DNA of 64,000 nt from Iphione sp. A-MEVVRFRX5 (lineage: Eukaryota), in contig OZ320316.1 in assembly GCA_976226885.1 (NCBI GenBank), positions 57,970,001 through 58,034,000 on the forward strand, written 5' to 3'. This document shows, piece by piece, positions 63,744 through 64,000 of this stretch. Below the pieces are notes generated by a model. It had not been told where the DNA came from, made no database searches, and was given only the letters and a program-made list of their open reading frames with translations. The position numbers and the translations under genes were made by a program. Positions within the stretch are counted from its first letter, which is position 1, and every line of letters begins with the position of its first letter.

Positions 63744-64000
63744 AATGTAATTGCGAGCTAGTGAAAACTGGATACTCAAATACATTTATGTATGCTTTCA
63801 CCTCCACTGTATATAGTTATAAAAAAATTAAATACCTATCTGCATCAACCTATATCAAGGAAAAACTGATTTCGTCTCAAAATCATGCAATGATACAGCA
63901 CAACTCGGAGACGATAACCAAAGAACCTCTGTTTTATACATATACATTTATACATTTCCAATACTTCCTTGGGAATGAAACAGTTGTGGCTATCAGGAAA

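Overview
Eukaryotic (metazoan invertebrate-type) genomic DNA; the taxon cannot be fixed from sequence alone. (1) A spliced + strand ionotropic glutamate receptor (iGluR) gene spans about 2-23 kb. Nine phase-consistent exons from 3749 to 22245 encode part of the ATD, S1, M1-M3, S2 and M4, and there are candidate 5' and C-terminal exons. The subunit is divergent: the pore loop reads MA-L-R-V-TD instead of FM-Q-Q-G-CD, and the ligand pocket has a GluD/GluN1-type S-x-V/W signature but Gln at the conserved Glu/Asp site. (2) A structurally complete tyrosine-recombinase retrotransposon of Ngaro type lies on the - strand at 34604-38821. It has A1-gag-RT/RNaseH-YR-B1-A2-B2 split direct repeats, a TATA core shared at all junctions, gag and pol in one frame separated by a single TGA, and a disrupted recombinase. 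(3) The remainder is intronic or intergenic: several MITEs (CACTG-ended, hAT-like, Harbinger, pogo/Tc1-like, one unclassified), a decayed LINE RT, a degenerate Penelope-type hammerhead, microsatellites and several strong hairpins. All alignments and motif calls were made by eye; no database searches or folding programs were run.
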